A stretch of 64,000 bases of DNA from Saccharolobus solfataricus P2 (GTDB lineage Archaea > Thermoproteota > Thermoprotei_A > Sulfolobales > Sulfolobaceae): NCBI RefSeq assembly GCF_000007005.1, contig NC_002754.1; one strand, written 5' to 3'. Under the pieces are notes generated by a model. That model did not search any database, was not told where the DNA came from, and saw only the letters and a program-made list of their open reading frames with translations. This document shows, one piece after another, positions 26,769 to 38,964 of this stretch. Made by a program: the position numbers and the translations under genes. Numbering within the stretch: position 1 is the stretch's first letter; each line of letters opens with the position of its first letter.

Positions 26769-27520
26769 CAACGAAAAGAATAATAGCTTGCCTCGATGTA
26801 AAGGACGGTAACGTAGTTAAAGGAGTAAATTTCCTTAATCTCCAATTGAAAGGAGATCCGGTTAGCCTAGCCAGTCTATATGAAGAAGAAGGCGCTGATG
26901 AGATAGTCTTCTTAGATATAACTGCAACGATAGAAGCTAGAAAAGCATTATATAATGTCATTAAGGATACTGCGAGCGTATTGTCCATTCCCTTAACAGT
27001 TGGTGGTGGTATTAGAACACCTGACGACGTGTCAATGGCGTTAAGATCTGGAGCAGATAAGGTTAGTATAAATACTGCTGCAGTTGAAAGTAGCCAAATA
27101 GTGAAAAAATCTGCAGAAGAGTTTGGATCACAAGCAGTAGTAGTAGCCATAGATGTTAAGAAGGTAAGCGGAAATTGGATAGTCTTCACAAAATCCGGAA
27201 CTTACAATACCAGACTTGATGCTATAAAGTGGGCTAAAAAGGTGGAAGAACTTGGTGCAGGTGAAATATTGCTAACGAGTATTGATAGAGATGGTACTAG
27301 ACTTGGTTATGACTTAGAATTAACTAGGAAAATAGTTGATTCTGTCAATATCCCAGTAATAGCTAGTGGGGGAGCTGGAAAAATGGAACATTTTTATGAG
27401 GTTTTTTCCCTCGCGAAGGCCGACGCAGCGTTAGCTGCTGGCATATTCCATGATGGAATAATTAAAATAAAAGACTTGAAGTCGTATTTAAGCCAGAAAG
27501 GCATCGAGGTGAGAATGTGA
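26765..27520 (+). CDS. hisF: IGP synthase cyclase subunit
   Basis: RIIACLDV, GADEIVFLDITA, GEILLTSIDRDGT motifs. Confidence 0.97.
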   Translation: MTTKRIIACLDVKDGNVVKGVNFLNLQLKGDPVSLASLYEEEGADEIVFLDITATIEARKALYNVIKDTASVLSIPLTVGGGIRTPDDVSMALRSGADKVSINTAAVESSQIVKKSAEEFGSQAVVVAIDVKKVSGNWIVFTKSGTYNTRLDAIKWAKKVEELGAGEILLTSIDRDGTRLGYDLELTRKIVDSVNIPVIASGGAGKMEHFYEVFSLAKADAALAAGIFHDGIIKIKDLKSYLSQKGIEVRM

Positions 27521-28713
27521 TTTCCTATAGTCTGCCAAATGAGAGACCGAACGATTTTAGCAGAGTAATCCCAGTAGTCAAGGATATTATTGAGTCTGTT
27601 AAGACCAAGGGAGATAACGCGTTATATGAGCTAACTGAGAAATTAGATAAAGTTAAGATAGATAACATCAAGGCAAGGGAAGAGGAACTAAAAACACAAG
27701 CTTCTAAGTTGGATCCCAAAGTTAAGCAAGCTATAGATACAGCCTATGAACAATTAAAGGCATTCCATGAAATGCTAGTTCCGCCTAATATCGGAGGGGG
27801 CTATCAAGGTATATCCTTTGGAGTAATTTGGAGAAGTATAGAGAAGATCGGAATATATGTCCCTTCCGGTAAATATTCCTATCCATCGACCTTACTAATG
27901 GCTGGAATACCAGCAAAAGTAGCTAAGGTAAAGGAAATTTACGTAGCCTCTCCTCCTACTCAAGAAGGAACCGTAAATCCAGCTTTAGCTTATGTTGCAA
28001 TTAAGCTAGGAGTAAATGAGGTTTATAAGATTGGTGGTGCACAAGCAATAGCTGCTTTAGCTTTTGGTACTGAGAGTGTAAAGAAAGTTTACAAGATTGT
28101 AGGACCAGGAAATGTCTATGTTCAAGCCGCTAAGTACCTAGTGAGTAGCGTTGTTGGAATTGATGGAATTGAGGGACCAACTGAATTAGTTATAATAGCA
28201 GATGAGACTGCAAAGGCCGAGTATGTGGCTCTAGATATGAAGGCACAAGCTGAACATGGTCCAGATACGTATATAGTGCTCTTATCTAATGATGATGAAC
28301 TGATTAGGAGAGTCGAAGAGAAAATAAAGAATGATAAAAAAATATATTATATAATAAAAACTAAAAATTTAGATGAAGCTATAGAAATTGCAAACAAAAT
28401 TGCCCCAGAACATCTATCTTTATATGTTAAAGACGCATATACCTTAATGGATAAAATAGTAAATGCAGGCGCGATAAGCCTAGGAAACACACCTCCAGCA
28501 ATAATAGATTATGTAGCTGGTCCTAATCACATTTTACCTACTAATGGTTGGGCTAAAATTAGGGGAGGCATTACTGTTTACGATTTTATAAAACCAACAA
28601 TGTACGCTAATGTCCGTGATATAAATAAACAGCTACTTGAAGCATCTATTTCCTTAGCAAACTATGAGGGATTCATAATTCATGGTAAAAGTATAGGTGC
28701 ACGATATGAGTAA
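27517..28713 (+). CDS. hisD: Histidinol dehydrogenase
   Basis: GIYVPSG, GGAQAIAALAFG, GPGNVYV, AQAEHG, APEHL motifs. Confidence 0.97.
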   Translation: MISYSLPNERPNDFSRVIPVVKDIIESVKTKGDNALYELTEKLDKVKIDNIKAREEELKTQASKLDPKVKQAIDTAYEQLKAFHEMLVPPNIGGGYQGISFGVIWRSIEKIGIYVPSGKYSYPSTLLMAGIPAKVAKVKEIYVASPPTQEGTVNPALAYVAIKLGVNEVYKIGGAQAIAALAFGTESVKKVYKIVGPGNVYVQAAKYLVSSVVGIDGIEGPTELVIIADETAKAEYVALDMKAQAEHGPDTYIVLLSNDDELIRRVEEKIKNDKKIYYIIKTKNLDEAIEIANKIAPEHLSLYVKDAYTLMDKIVNAGAISLGNTPPAIIDYVAGPNHILPTNGWAKIRGGITVYDFIKPTMYANVRDINKQLLEASISLANYEGFIIHGKSIGARYE

Positions 28714-28990
28714 TGAAATAGTAGATGAATTATACAAAATCATACTTGATAGGATAGAAAAGAGGCCGACTGGTAGTTACACTGCTGAGATTGTAAATAA
28801 GGGAAAACCATACGTAGCGAGGAAGGTTGGCGAAGAATCTGTAGAAACAATAGTAGCATCTCTAGCAGAAAATAAGGAGAGATTTATAAGTGAGGTCGCT
28901 GATCTAATCTATCATTTATTAGTATTAATGGCATTAGAAGGCGTAACACCAGAGGATATTTATAGAGAGTTAGAGAGGAGGAGAAAATGA
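28706..28990 (+). CDS. hisE: Phosphoribosyl-ATP pyrophosphatase
   Basis: KVGEESVE, EVADLIYHLLV motifs. Confidence 0.95.
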   Translation: MSNEIVDELYKIILDRIEKRPTGSYTAEIVNKGKPYVARKVGEESVETIVASLAENKERFISEVADLIYHLLVLMALEGVTPEDIYRELERRRK

Positions 28991-29586
28991 AGGCATTAGT
29001 AATTAATTATGGTGTAGGTAATTTATATAGTATCTCATCTGCTCTAAAAAGAGTAGGATTTGAAGTAACAATAGATAATAAACCAAGGAATGATTACGAT
29101 CTAATTGTATTTCCTGGTGTCGGAGCATTTTCAGCTGTAGCCGAATTTATCTTACGATATAGGGAACTTTTCAATGATCTAAGAAGGAGTGGGACTAATT
29201 TTTTAGGAGTTTGTCTAGGCATGCAGATAATGTTTGAAAAGGGAACCGAGGGAAAAGAGAGTAATGGCTTAGGATGGTTTAAGGGTATAGTGGATAAGAT
29301 AAATGCTAATGTGAAACTTCCTCACATAGGCTGGGATTTAGTATTTGAAGTGAAAGATTCTTGTGAATTAACTTACGGATTAGACAAGAAATATGTTTAC
29401 TATGTACATAGCTATGTAGCTTATCCTACTAGTGGAGATTATGTTTACATGAAAAGTCAGTATGGGATAGAATATCCTGCATTGGTATGTGATAAGAACG
29501 TTGTAGGAACTCAGTTTCACCCGGAGAAAAGTTCAAATACTGGTAAAATATTTCTCGAGAATCTTAAGGGGTGGATTAAACGTTAA
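28987..29586 (+). CDS. hisH: IGP synthase glutaminase subunit
   Basis: PGVG, GVCLGMQ, PHIGW, QFHPEKS motifs. Confidence 0.96.
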   Translation: MKALVINYGVGNLYSISSALKRVGFEVTIDNKPRNDYDLIVFPGVGAFSAVAEFILRYRELFNDLRRSGTNFLGVCLGMQIMFEKGTEGKESNGLGWFKGIVDKINANVKLPHIGWDLVFEVKDSCELTYGLDKKYVYYVHSYVAYPTSGDYVYMKSQYGIEYPALVCDKNVVGTQFHPEKSSNTGKIFLENLKGWIKR

Positions 29587-29951
29587 AACTGAATGAAATA
29601 GAAGCACAGAAGATCGCCTCTTTATTAAATTTTAAACATGAGGAAAATACAGTAATTGCCGTAATTCAAGACTATAAGAGTAAAGAGATATTAATGGTGG
29701 GAAATATGAATAGAGAAGCGTTATTTAAAACATTAACAACTGGTTACCTCCATTTTTGGTCTTTAAGTAGAAAGAAATTATGGTTGAAGGGGGAAACTAG
29801 TGGAAATTTTCAAATAATTGAAGAATTTAAAGTGGATTGTGATGCAGACGCTGTACTTTTTAAAGTAACATCATTAGGACCTATTTGTCACACTGGTAAC
29901 TACACTTGTTTTTATAGAAGTTATGATGAGCTTGTTAATAGTAAGAGTTAA
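29583..29951 (+). CDS. hisI: Phosphoribosyl-AMP cyclohydrolase with an inferred non-canonical start
   Basis: SRKKLWLKGETSG, DCDADA, CHTGNYTCF; the family N-terminal segment (VIAVIQDY...EILM) lies upstream of the first ATG (29694). Confidence 0.9.
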   Translation, partial: LKLNEIEAQKIASLLNFKHEENTVIAVIQDYKSKEILMVGNMNREALFKTLTTGYLHFWSLSRKKLWLKGETSGNFQIIEEFKVDCDADAVLFKVTSLGPICHTGNYTCFYRSYDELVNSKS

Positions 29952-29957
29952 AATTTA

Positions 29958-29974
29958 CTTTAACATAGTTAAAG
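29958..29974. promoter_or_regulatory. Inverted repeat CTTTAAC-ATA-GTTAAAG between TATA and the start of the DUF59 gene
   Basis: 7-bp arms, 3-nt spacer; TTAAAA at 29948-29953 is 30 nt before the ATG. Confidence 0.35.
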
Positions 29975-29977
29975 AAT

Positions 29978-30376
29978 ATGAGTTCGCAACAACAAAAAGT
30001 AGACAAGGAAGAATGGAAGAAAAAAATAATGGAAGCGTTAAAAGACGTTTATGATCCAGAAATTCCAGTTGATATAGTAAATTTAGGACTTATTTATGAT
30101 CTGAAAATAAATGATGATGGTGATGTTTACCTTAGATTAGGATTAACAGCACCAGGATGTCCAGTTGTTGATGATTTGATATACACTGTAGAGCAAGTAA
30201 TAAAAGAAAGCGTACCAGCTAAGAGTGTGGAAGTTGACATAGATTTAGATACACAATGGACGCCATTAAAAATGACAGCTGAGGGTAGAGAGAAGTTTAA
30301 ACAGTTATATGGTTACGATATAGTTGAGATGTGGGTACAGACTTATGGACTACCTGCTGATGAACAGAAGTCATAA
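29978..30376 (+). CDS. DUF59/SufT/MIP18-family Fe-S cluster assembly protein
   Basis: VYDPEIPVDIVNLGLIY, LTAPGCP, WTP motifs. Confidence 0.9.
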   Translation: MSSQQQKVDKEEWKKKIMEALKDVYDPEIPVDIVNLGLIYDLKINDDGDVYLRLGLTAPGCPVVDDLIYTVEQVIKESVPAKSVEVDIDLDTQWTPLKMTAEGREKFKQLYGYDIVEMWVQTYGLPADEQKS

Positions 30377-30401
30377 AATTGTCTAATAATTATGTTATTC
30401 A

Positions 30402-31775
30402 ATGTCGTGGAGTATCCTAGAGCTTTTGCGAAAAAATCCGGAGGATTTGAAAAATAATTTGAAAAGACGGGCTATAGATGTTTCTTTAGTAGATAAAGCA
30501 GTAGAATTGGACAAAAAATGGAGACAAGTATTACAAGAAGTTGAAAAATTAAGGCATCAACATAATGTTTTAAGTTCACAGATTTCTAAGCTCTCTGGAG
30601 AAGAGAGAAAAAAGAAAATTGAGGAAAGCAAAAACTTATTGAAAATCCTAGAAGAAAAAGAAAAAGAACTAGAAGAAATAGAGAATGAAAGAGATAGATT
30701 ACTATCATCTCTACCGAACCTTGTAGCTGACGACGTCCCAAACGGTCCGGACGATAGCTATAACGTTCCTATTAAGTTTTGGGGGAAGTTTAAAGTATAT
30801 GAGGGAGACGTTCAAGAATTTCTAAAGCAGATCAAGGATGCTAAAGTAAACTATGAAGTAATTAAATGGAAACCGAAAGGGCATGCGGAAATGCTAGAAG
30901 ATGTATTACATTTAGGAAATACGCTGAAAGCAGCTGAAATTGCGGGTTCTAGATTTTACTATTTATTTAATGATATAGTTTGGCTAGACTTCTCTCTACT
31001 ACTTTTCGCAATCGATTACATTACTCAGCAAGGGTATACTTTAGTTCTCCCTCCTTATATGCTAAGGGGAGAGGTTATACAATCAGTAATAGACCTAGAC
31101 ACGTTTAAGGATGCTATATATAAGATAGAAAACGAGGATTTATATCTGATTGCAACCGCAGAACACCCTATAGCAGCTATGTTCTTTAAAGAAGAAATTG
31201 AGAAAGATAAATTACCCTTAAAATTCGCCGGAATTAGTCCAGCTTTTAGAAAAGAAGCAAGTGCTGCAAATAAGGATTTAAAGGGAATTTTCAGAGTTCA
31301 TCAATTTCATAAAGTTGAACAGTTTATATTTTCAACTCCAGAAGATAGTTGGAAATATCATAGTGAATTGATAACGAATGCTGAAAGTATATTTCAGCAA
31401 CTCGAATTGCCATACAGAATTGTAAATATAGCGTCAGGTGATTTAGGTGCATGCGCTGCAAAGAAATTCGATTTAGAGGTATGGATGCCAGCTCAGGCCA
31501 AATTTAGAGAAATGGTAAGTTGTAGCAATTGTACGGATTGGCAAGCTTTCAGAATGAAGATAAGATATGTGGATAGAAAAAATAATAGAAGGGGCTACGT
31601 ACATACATTAAATAGTACTGCAATAGCTAGCACAAGAACTATAACAGCTATTCTAGAAAATTATCAGAGAGAAGATGGTGTTGTCGAGGTACCAAAAGTA
31701 CTAAGAAAATATCTTGAGGCGTTTCCGAAGGCTCCTAAAGATTATATATACCCGCTAAAAAATAAGATAATTTAG
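30402..31775 (+). CDS. serS: Seryl-tRNA synthetase
   Basis: N-terminal coiled coil, [35 protein letters not shown] motifs. Confidence 0.97.
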
Positions 31776-31777
31776 TT

Positions 31778-33298
<1,521 letters not shown>

Positions 33299-33339
33299 CT
33301 ATTTATTCTCACTCTTATAATCGTATATAAAAACCCTTT

Positions 33340-33579
33340 TTATAAAAGTTGTACTACTTTTCTAAAATTCTTCTTTAAGTCTTCTGTCGCATTGTTTCTA
33401 TCTAAATCCTTTGCATCATCATCTTTAGGCTTCCATTTTTCTCCGTTAGGTAAACTAACTCCTTTTATGGATGTGAAAATGTATATTAACTCTCCCTTCT
33501 CATTTTTTGCCTCTTCTACAATTATTTCATTACTACCTATCTTAGCCTTGTACTTAGCTGCTGTTCCAGTTACCTTCAT
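33340..33579 (-). CDS. Hypothetical protein (79 aa)
   Basis: ATG 30 nt after a TTTTATA box; Lys/Glu-rich coding-like composition. Confidence 0.65.
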   Translation of the reverse strand: MKVTGTAAKYKAKIGSNEIIVEEAKNEKGELIYIFTSIKGVSLPNGEKWKPKDDDAKDLDRNNATEDLKKNFRKVVQLL

Positions 33580-33768
33580 ACCTTAAAACTACTGCACATA
33601 ATTATAAAAGATTTCCTACTGTGATGCTTAGTTGATCCATTGAATGTTTTACACTAGACGCCATATTATCTTCATCTTAATTAATGTAAAGGCCTACAGC
33701 TTAGCTTTGCGAAGATTCTTAAATGACCGCAAAAATTCAACAAGTTTACAAATCACTACTAGAATGCT

Positions 33769-34077
33769 CTAATCTTCTCTACTTTCTTCCTCTTCATTTC
33801 CCTCGAATTCCTCTCTTAGTAACTCCAACCCTATTTCCTTATAATACTCTTCCCTTTCATGCTCTAGCTCCTCGCTTAAATTTCTTCCCTCTTTGTCACT
33901 AACTATTGATGTTGTTAACACTTTACTACTCTTATCCTTGCTCTCCTTTACACTATATTCTTTCTTCTCTTTTTCACTTAACATCATCTCATAGCCACAT
34001 TTACTACATTTCAAGATTTCTTTCCCGTCTTTCTTTGATGGAACCATTAATCCTCCGCACTTAGGACAAAACTTCAT
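33769..34077 (-). CDS. tfs2: TFS/RPB9 paralogue with only the N-terminal Zn ribbon (TFS2-like)
   Basis: [11 protein letters not shown]...LKCSKCGY followed by an acidic tail; start moved to ATG 34077. Confidence 0.72.
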   Translation of the reverse strand: MKFCPKCGGLMVPSKKDGKEILKCSKCGYEMMLSEKEKKEYSVKESKDKSSKVLTTSIVSDKEGRNLSEELEHEREEYYKEIGLELLREEFEGNEEEESRED

Positions 34078-34118
34078 AAGTGTAAATAAAGTGAGGGAAT
34101 AGTATAAAAACTTTTGCA

Positions 34119-34592
34119 TTAAAATATTCGTATTCTTGGATCTTCTTTGACAACATTTAAAACTATACTTGTATATGTTCTTTCAATCTTAGGATTTTTA
34201 AGCAACTGTTTTAAGAAGCTATCCAGTTCTTCTACACTTCTAAACTTAGCGATTATTACAACATCATATTCCCCTACCACATCATAAACAGCTGTAACGT
34301 TATCAGCGTTTGCTATCTCTTTTTCGAATTCAACAAGATGTTTTCCATCCACTTTCGCCATAATTATGCCAGTTAGAGCGAAACCCAATTTAGAGTAATC
34401 TAGCAAAGCTACGAAGCTTTTTATCATTCCTTCTTGTACCATTCTAGTCATTCTGTTATGAAGCGTAGCTGGAGATACGTTCATCTCTTCTGCAAGTCTT
34501 CTTAGACTTGTTCTCGCATCTCTAGTGAGTTCTATTAATAATCTTCTATCTATTGCGTCCAAATCTACCGTACGTTTTTTACTATCTGACAT
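34119..34592 (-). CDS. lrp: Lrp/AsnC-family transcription regulator (Ss-Lrp-like)
   Basis: [30 protein letters not shown] domain. Confidence 0.93.
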   Translation of the reverse strand: MSDSKKRTVDLDAIDRRLLIELTRDARTSLRRLAEEMNVSPATLHNRMTRMVQEGMIKSFVALLDYSKLGFALTGIIMAKVDGKHLVEFEKEIANADNVTAVYDVVGEYDVVIIAKFRSVEELDSFLKQLLKNPKIERTYTSIVLNVVKEDPRIRIF

Positions 34593-34646
34593 ACTAATAA
34601 ACTTATAGAGATCATGTTAAAAAATTTTCATCTTAAACAGAGTTCT

Positions 34647-35255
34647 TCATATCAACTTTATTTGTGATATACCATCTATTATAAGCTGAACACCAAATGC
34701 TGCTATTATAATTGCCATAAATCTACCTACTGCTACTGTGCCTGTATTACCTAATATTCTAATTATGATGGGACCTAATAGTAAAGATAGATAAACTAGT
34801 AGTGCAGCTAGTAAACTACCAAGAATTAAAATTATTAAATTATTACTAACTGACAATGTAATTAATCCAGTCATTGTACCTGGACCTACGATAAGGGGGG
34901 TAGCAATAGGTGTAATTATGGCCTCCTCTATCCTGCTTGATAAAAACTTTAACTGTTGGAATCCTCCAAGTGTGTCTACGCCTAGGTAAACTAATATTAT
35001 ACCTCCACCTATCTCAAGTGCTGAAACACTTATTCCTAAGAAAGCTAAAAGGGGTCCGCCTAGTATTGAGAAAAATAAAAGTAAGACAGTAACTGCTATA
35101 GACAATTTGTTTACCAAAAATCTCCAGCTTATTTTATTTTGAGAATTGCGATTGAATTCCTCGTACAATGCAATAAGATAAGGAAGGATCGATAGTGGAT
35201 CCATAATTGCATATAGCTTAAAGGCTATTTCTGGGATTGAAACTAACTCACTCAT
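34647..35255 (-). CDS. marC: MarC-family membrane protein
   Basis: [30 protein letters not shown] motifs; six TM segments. Confidence 0.9.
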   Translation of the reverse strand: MSELVSIPEIAFKLYAIMDPLSILPYLIALYEEFNRNSQNKISWRFLVNKLSIAVTVLLLFFSILGGPLLAFLGISVSALEIGGGIILVYLGVDTLGGFQQLKFLSSRIEEAIITPIATPLIVGPGTMTGLITLSVSNNLIILILGSLLAALLVYLSLLLGPIIIRILGNTGTVAVGRFMAIIIAAFGVQLIIDGISQIKLI

Positions 35256-35563
35256 TCTAGCAGACTAAGAACTTCTTTAAGATTTTTAATCTTCTCATCA
35301 TTATCGTTTGTGGTTAATGCTATTAGTAACTTGCCGAGAATAAAATAAATTTTAGAAATTTCTTTTTTACAGTTATTGTTTGACTTATTTAATTCCTCTA
35401 CCTTACTCTGGAGGCTCTGAACATTTAAATATATTTCACCTATTAATTCTTCAACGCTGTGTTCATGTTCATGCTCATGGGGATGGGATTCTTCTATTTC
35501 TCTTTGTATTTCCTCTATATCTTGTTCATTCTTAGGTATTTTATCAATTCTAAATTTACTCAT
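35252..35563 (-). CDS. Hypothetical coiled-coil protein with an HPHEHEHEH tract
   Basis: Overlaps neighbours by 4 nt on both sides. Confidence 0.7.
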   Translation of the reverse strand: MSKFRIDKIPKNEQDIEEIQREIEESHPHEHEHEHSVEELIGEIYLNVQSLQSKVEELNKSNNNCKKEISKIYFILGKLLIALTTNDNDEKIKNLKEVLSLLE

Positions 35564-35859
35564 TCTTCCTTTTCCTCCTCTTCCGCCTGTGTATCTACAT
35601 TAGCTACATTTCTCATATCAGTTTGGGTTATGATATAATTTCCTACACCTAACCTAATATAATGCTTAAGCACTGTAGAGATCTTACCTGCAGCTCTCAA
35701 TGGTATACACTCCGTCTCTACTTCCTCTTTGGTATCAGTGATCCCTATTACTTTAGCCATCTTCTTTTCTTCGTCACAATACTCTACTTTTACCTCCTTT
35801 AATCGCCCTAGGAATACTAATGTTTCTAAATCTCTTCCTTTCATTACTGGCCTAACCAT
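35560..35859 (-). CDS. Hypothetical protein (99 aa, acidic tail)
   Basis: Starts 1 nt after the pyrD stop. Confidence 0.7.
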   Translation of the reverse strand: MVRPVMKGRDLETLVFLGRLKEVKVEYCDEEKKMAKVIGITDTKEEVETECIPLRAAGKISTVLKHYIRLGVGNYIITQTDMRNVANVDTQAEEEEKEE

Positions 35860-35860
35860 T

Positions 35861-36733
35861 TTATTTTCTCACTGAAATACCTATAATATCTTCAAATTTT
35901 AAACCCTTTTCAAGTAAATAGGACTGCAAACCCTTCCGAATTTCCTCAATTACACTAAATCCTTTCTCGATTAATACAGTACCCAGGCCTACCAATTTAG
36001 CACCAGCTGCCAACATACCAATTACATCAGTCCAATCATACACACCCCCAACTCCTATAATGTCAACTCCATACTCTTCGTAAACATCTTTAATTATCCT
36101 AAGAGCAATAGGATAAAGGCATCTGCCAGAAACGCCTCCTGTACCATAATAGAGAATTGGCTTGAAAGTCTCTACATCAATAATTAGTCCCTTTATAGTA
36201 TTTATAAGGGTAAGTCCATCAGCACCTTTCTCTAAAGCTTTCCCTGCAAGCTCAATAACGTTATCCCAAGGACCTAATTTAACAAATACTGGTAATTTAG
36301 TCACACTTTTGACACTTTCAATTATATCCCCAATTAACTTAGATAATGATTCCCCGTAACCCTTTCTGTTAGGACTACTCACGTTTATTTCTATTATCTT
36401 CGCCTTACTCTGAACAACTTCAACCACTTCTTTTATCTCGTTTATGGAGGAACCACCAACGCTTACTATAAGGGGACATAAAACGCCAATTTCATTTATT
36501 GCCTTAGCACCGGGATTTCCTAAACCTATAGCGTTCATATAGATACCATCGTGAAGTTTGATGACTGTAGGAGGCTTATGAGGTTCTAAGGGGTTAAGTG
36601 TTACTGTCTTCGTGGTAATTGCAGAGGGTTTATATTTTTCGCAAATTGTCTCCACATAATTTGGAACATCTGGTATGATTCCAGAGGCTATTATTAAAGG
36701 GTCGTTTAGTGTGATATTTTTTATCGTAATCAT
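35861..36733 (-). CDS. pyrD: Dihydroorotate dehydrogenase catalytic subunit (family 1, serine type)
   Basis: [31 protein letters not shown] motifs. Confidence 0.95.
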   Translation of the reverse strand: MITIKNITLNDPLIIASGIIPDVPNYVETICEKYKPSAITTKTVTLNPLEPHKPPTVIKLHDGIYMNAIGLGNPGAKAINEIGVLCPLIVSVGGSSINEIKEVVEVVQSKAKIIEINVSSPNRKGYGESLSKLIGDIIESVKSVTKLPVFVKLGPWDNVIELAGKALEKGADGLTLINTIKGLIIDVETFKPILYYGTGGVSGRCLYPIALRIIKDVYEEYGVDIIGVGGVYDWTDVIGMLAAGAKLVGLGTVLIEKGFSVIEEIRKGLQSYLLEKGLKFEDIIGISVRK

Positions 36734-37899
36734 TTATTCTCACCAAACGGATTTATTCCCTTCACTGGAAATACCTCTCCCTCCAAACTACCTACCTTAC
36801 CTTGAATGATAGTCATGTAAATCGAAGCTCTTAGCGGAAATCCATCTAGAGGAGTTTCAATAACCTTAGAATATTTAGTCGAATATCTCCAATCTTTAAA
36901 TTGAATAATAGTAAAATTAGCATAGTTATTCTCCTTAATCTCGCCGTAGGGGATATTTAATATCCTAGCTGGATTTGTAGAAATGAGTTCTACTGCTCTA
37001 TCAATACTAATTATACCTTTGCTAACTAACGTTAATATAAAAGGAACTGTAAATGAAAGAGCAGCTATGCCAGGTGGACATATCTCGTAAGGTTGCTGTT
37101 TTTCAAAACTCGCATGAGGAGCATGATCGCTTACAACTGTATCTACTTCATTTATAGCTTGCAATAGCCAAAGCCTTTCATTTGTATCTCTTATTGGTGG
37201 ATTCACTTTGGTTAGACATTCCTTTTCTCTATCTACTAACAAGTGATGTGGCGTTATATCTACAGTAAAACCCAGCTCCTTAGCTAATCTTACAGTACGT
37301 ATATTAGTTGCATGCGTTATGTGAACATTTTGATACCCTTTTACATAATATAATGCTCCTATCTCATACCATATATTCAATCTTAACTTTCTATTACCCC
37401 TTAATGCTAACGGAACTTCAGGGTGAAGGATTTTCAGTTTCATAGATTTTAAAACCTCTAACGTCTCTTCTTTCTCTAAATCTTCTGGGAATATCTTATA
37501 ACCAGCTATAGGGAATTTATCAACTTTCTTTAAATCCTTAGTAACACCAGAGTACACGAAATAGTCAACCCTAGAGTAATATTCAAACTCTCTTAACTTG
37601 GCAGTTATTGTCTCCATCGTGTTTACGAAAGGCACACTATTTGGCATATCTCCTATTAATGTAATCCCACCGTAAGAGGCTTCACTGGTACCTGATACTA
37701 CATCTTCCTTATAAGCCAATTTCAATCCTCTTATGTGAGTGTGAAGATCTATTGCCCCAGGCAATATTAATGTACCTTTTGGTAATGCAATATCTGGTTT
37801 ACAAATTGATTTAATTTCCTTTATTCTCCTATCGAAATTTATACAAACATCCCTAATCTCCTTACTTAAGTACGCCTTTCCCATAATCCACAAGATCAT
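36730..37899 (-). CDS. pyrC: Dihydroorotase
   Basis: [32 protein letters not shown] motifs. Confidence 0.95.
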   Translation of the reverse strand: MILWIMGKAYLSKEIRDVCINFDRRIKEIKSICKPDIALPKGTLILPGAIDLHTHIRGLKLAYKEDVVSGTSEASYGGITLIGDMPNSVPFVNTMETITAKLREFEYYSRVDYFVYSGVTKDLKKVDKFPIAGYKIFPEDLEKEETLEVLKSMKLKILHPEVPLALRGNRKLRLNIWYEIGALYYVKGYQNVHITHATNIRTVRLAKELGFTVDITPHHLLVDREKECLTKVNPPIRDTNERLWLLQAINEVDTVVSDHAPHASFEKQQPYEICPPGIAALSFTVPFILTLVSKGIISIDRAVELISTNPARILNIPYGEIKENNYANFTIIQFKDWRYSTKYSKVIETPLDGFPLRASIYMTIIQGKVGSLEGEVFPVKGINPFGENK

Positions 37900-38488
37900 C
37901 AAACCTCATGAAAGGACCATCTATACAAGTTAATTTACCTTTAACTTCACATAACCCACACACTCCTAGATTACAATTCATTTTAACCCATCTATTATAG
38001 ACTAAGGTTTTCTCTCCGGGGATCTTTAATTCATATAGGAGTTGTAACGGTGCCGAAACTAAAATTAGATCAGCATCTTCAATATTTTTAGGCTCTTCAT
38101 AATTTAATTTGCAATCTATACACTTTGCAAAAGTTTCTATCTTACTCCTATAAGCGACCTTTAAAGGATATAATAAGTCATGGTAAAGTTTGCCATAAGC
38201 TATACCAACAATAATCCTTACGTTAGTAAAGTCTAGGGGTTTACCTAAAGGACCCTTTAATATTACTCTTTTACCTATCTCGTTAGCTAATTTTTCTGAC
38301 TCAACATAAAGTCTAAGTTCATTATTATCTTCATCATAGTCTCCGACACCTAAGGGTATTTCAGCCTTGCTAGGCAGTATTAAGCTCACGTATTGTCCTG
38401 CTTTTGGTTTAACGCTAAAGTTAGCTATTTTTATTTCATACACATTATCTACGTTTTTCCTTTTCTCGATAACTTCATAATATATCAT
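37862..38488 (-). CDS. pyrK: DHOD electron-transfer subunit ([2Fe-2S])
   Basis: [20 protein letters not shown]...CIDGP. Confidence 0.88.
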   Translation of the reverse strand: MIYYEVIEKRKNVDNVYEIKIANFSVKPKAGQYVSLILPSKAEIPLGVGDYDEDNNELRLYVESEKLANEIGKRVILKGPLGKPLDFTNVRIIVGIAYGKLYHDLLYPLKVAYRSKIETFAKCIDCKLNYEEPKNIEDADLILVSAPLQLLYELKIPGEKTLVYNRWVKMNCNLGVCGLCEVKGKLTCIDGPFMRFDDLVDYGKGVLK

Positions 38489-38964
38489 AGTATCTGCCTT
38501 ATGACATCATCTTCAGTAATATACATCTCACAATACTTACACTTTAGCTTAAGAGGTTTAATTGAAATCGTTATAAATCTACTTTCCGCTTCAACATCAT
38601 TATTTGTTATACATTGGGGATTAGGACATTTTATTAATCCTCTAATCTGTTTTGGAACTTCTAAATGTCTTTTCTCTGTCACCACGTAATCTCTTATAAT
38701 GTTTATGGTAGCAGACGGCGCTATTAGTGTTATTAGACTAGCTTCTTTCTCATCAATCACTCTGTCCTCAATTTTCACTATATCTTTCCTTCCTATTTTT
38801 TTACTTTCCACATTCATAACTAGAGCTACTCTATAGCCCTCACTTCCTCTTATCCCTAGAATTCTCAATACTGCCAATGCTCTACCAGCTGGAATGTGAT
38901 CAATTACTGTACCATTCCTTATTTTACTTACAATTAATTCATCCCTTTTTGAAGAGCTAATCAT
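38485..38964 (-). CDS. pyrI: Aspartate carbamoyltransferase regulatory subunit
   Basis: [22 protein letters not shown]. Confidence 0.96.
   Translation of the reverse strand: MISSSKRDELIVSKIRNGTVIDHIPAGRALAVLRILGIRGSEGYRVALVMNVESKKIGRKDIVKIEDRVIDEKEASLITLIAPSATINIIRDYVVTEKRHLEVPKQIRGLIKCPNPQCITNNDVEAESRFITISIKPLKLKCKYCEMYITEDDVIRQIL

Noticed and set aside
33620-33680. Possible C/D-box sRNA (degenerate GATGAA...CTAG...CTAA on the minus strand)
   Set aside because: All boxes are degenerate, and the only rRNA complementarity I can see is 8 nt to the 16S 5' end, too short for a guide
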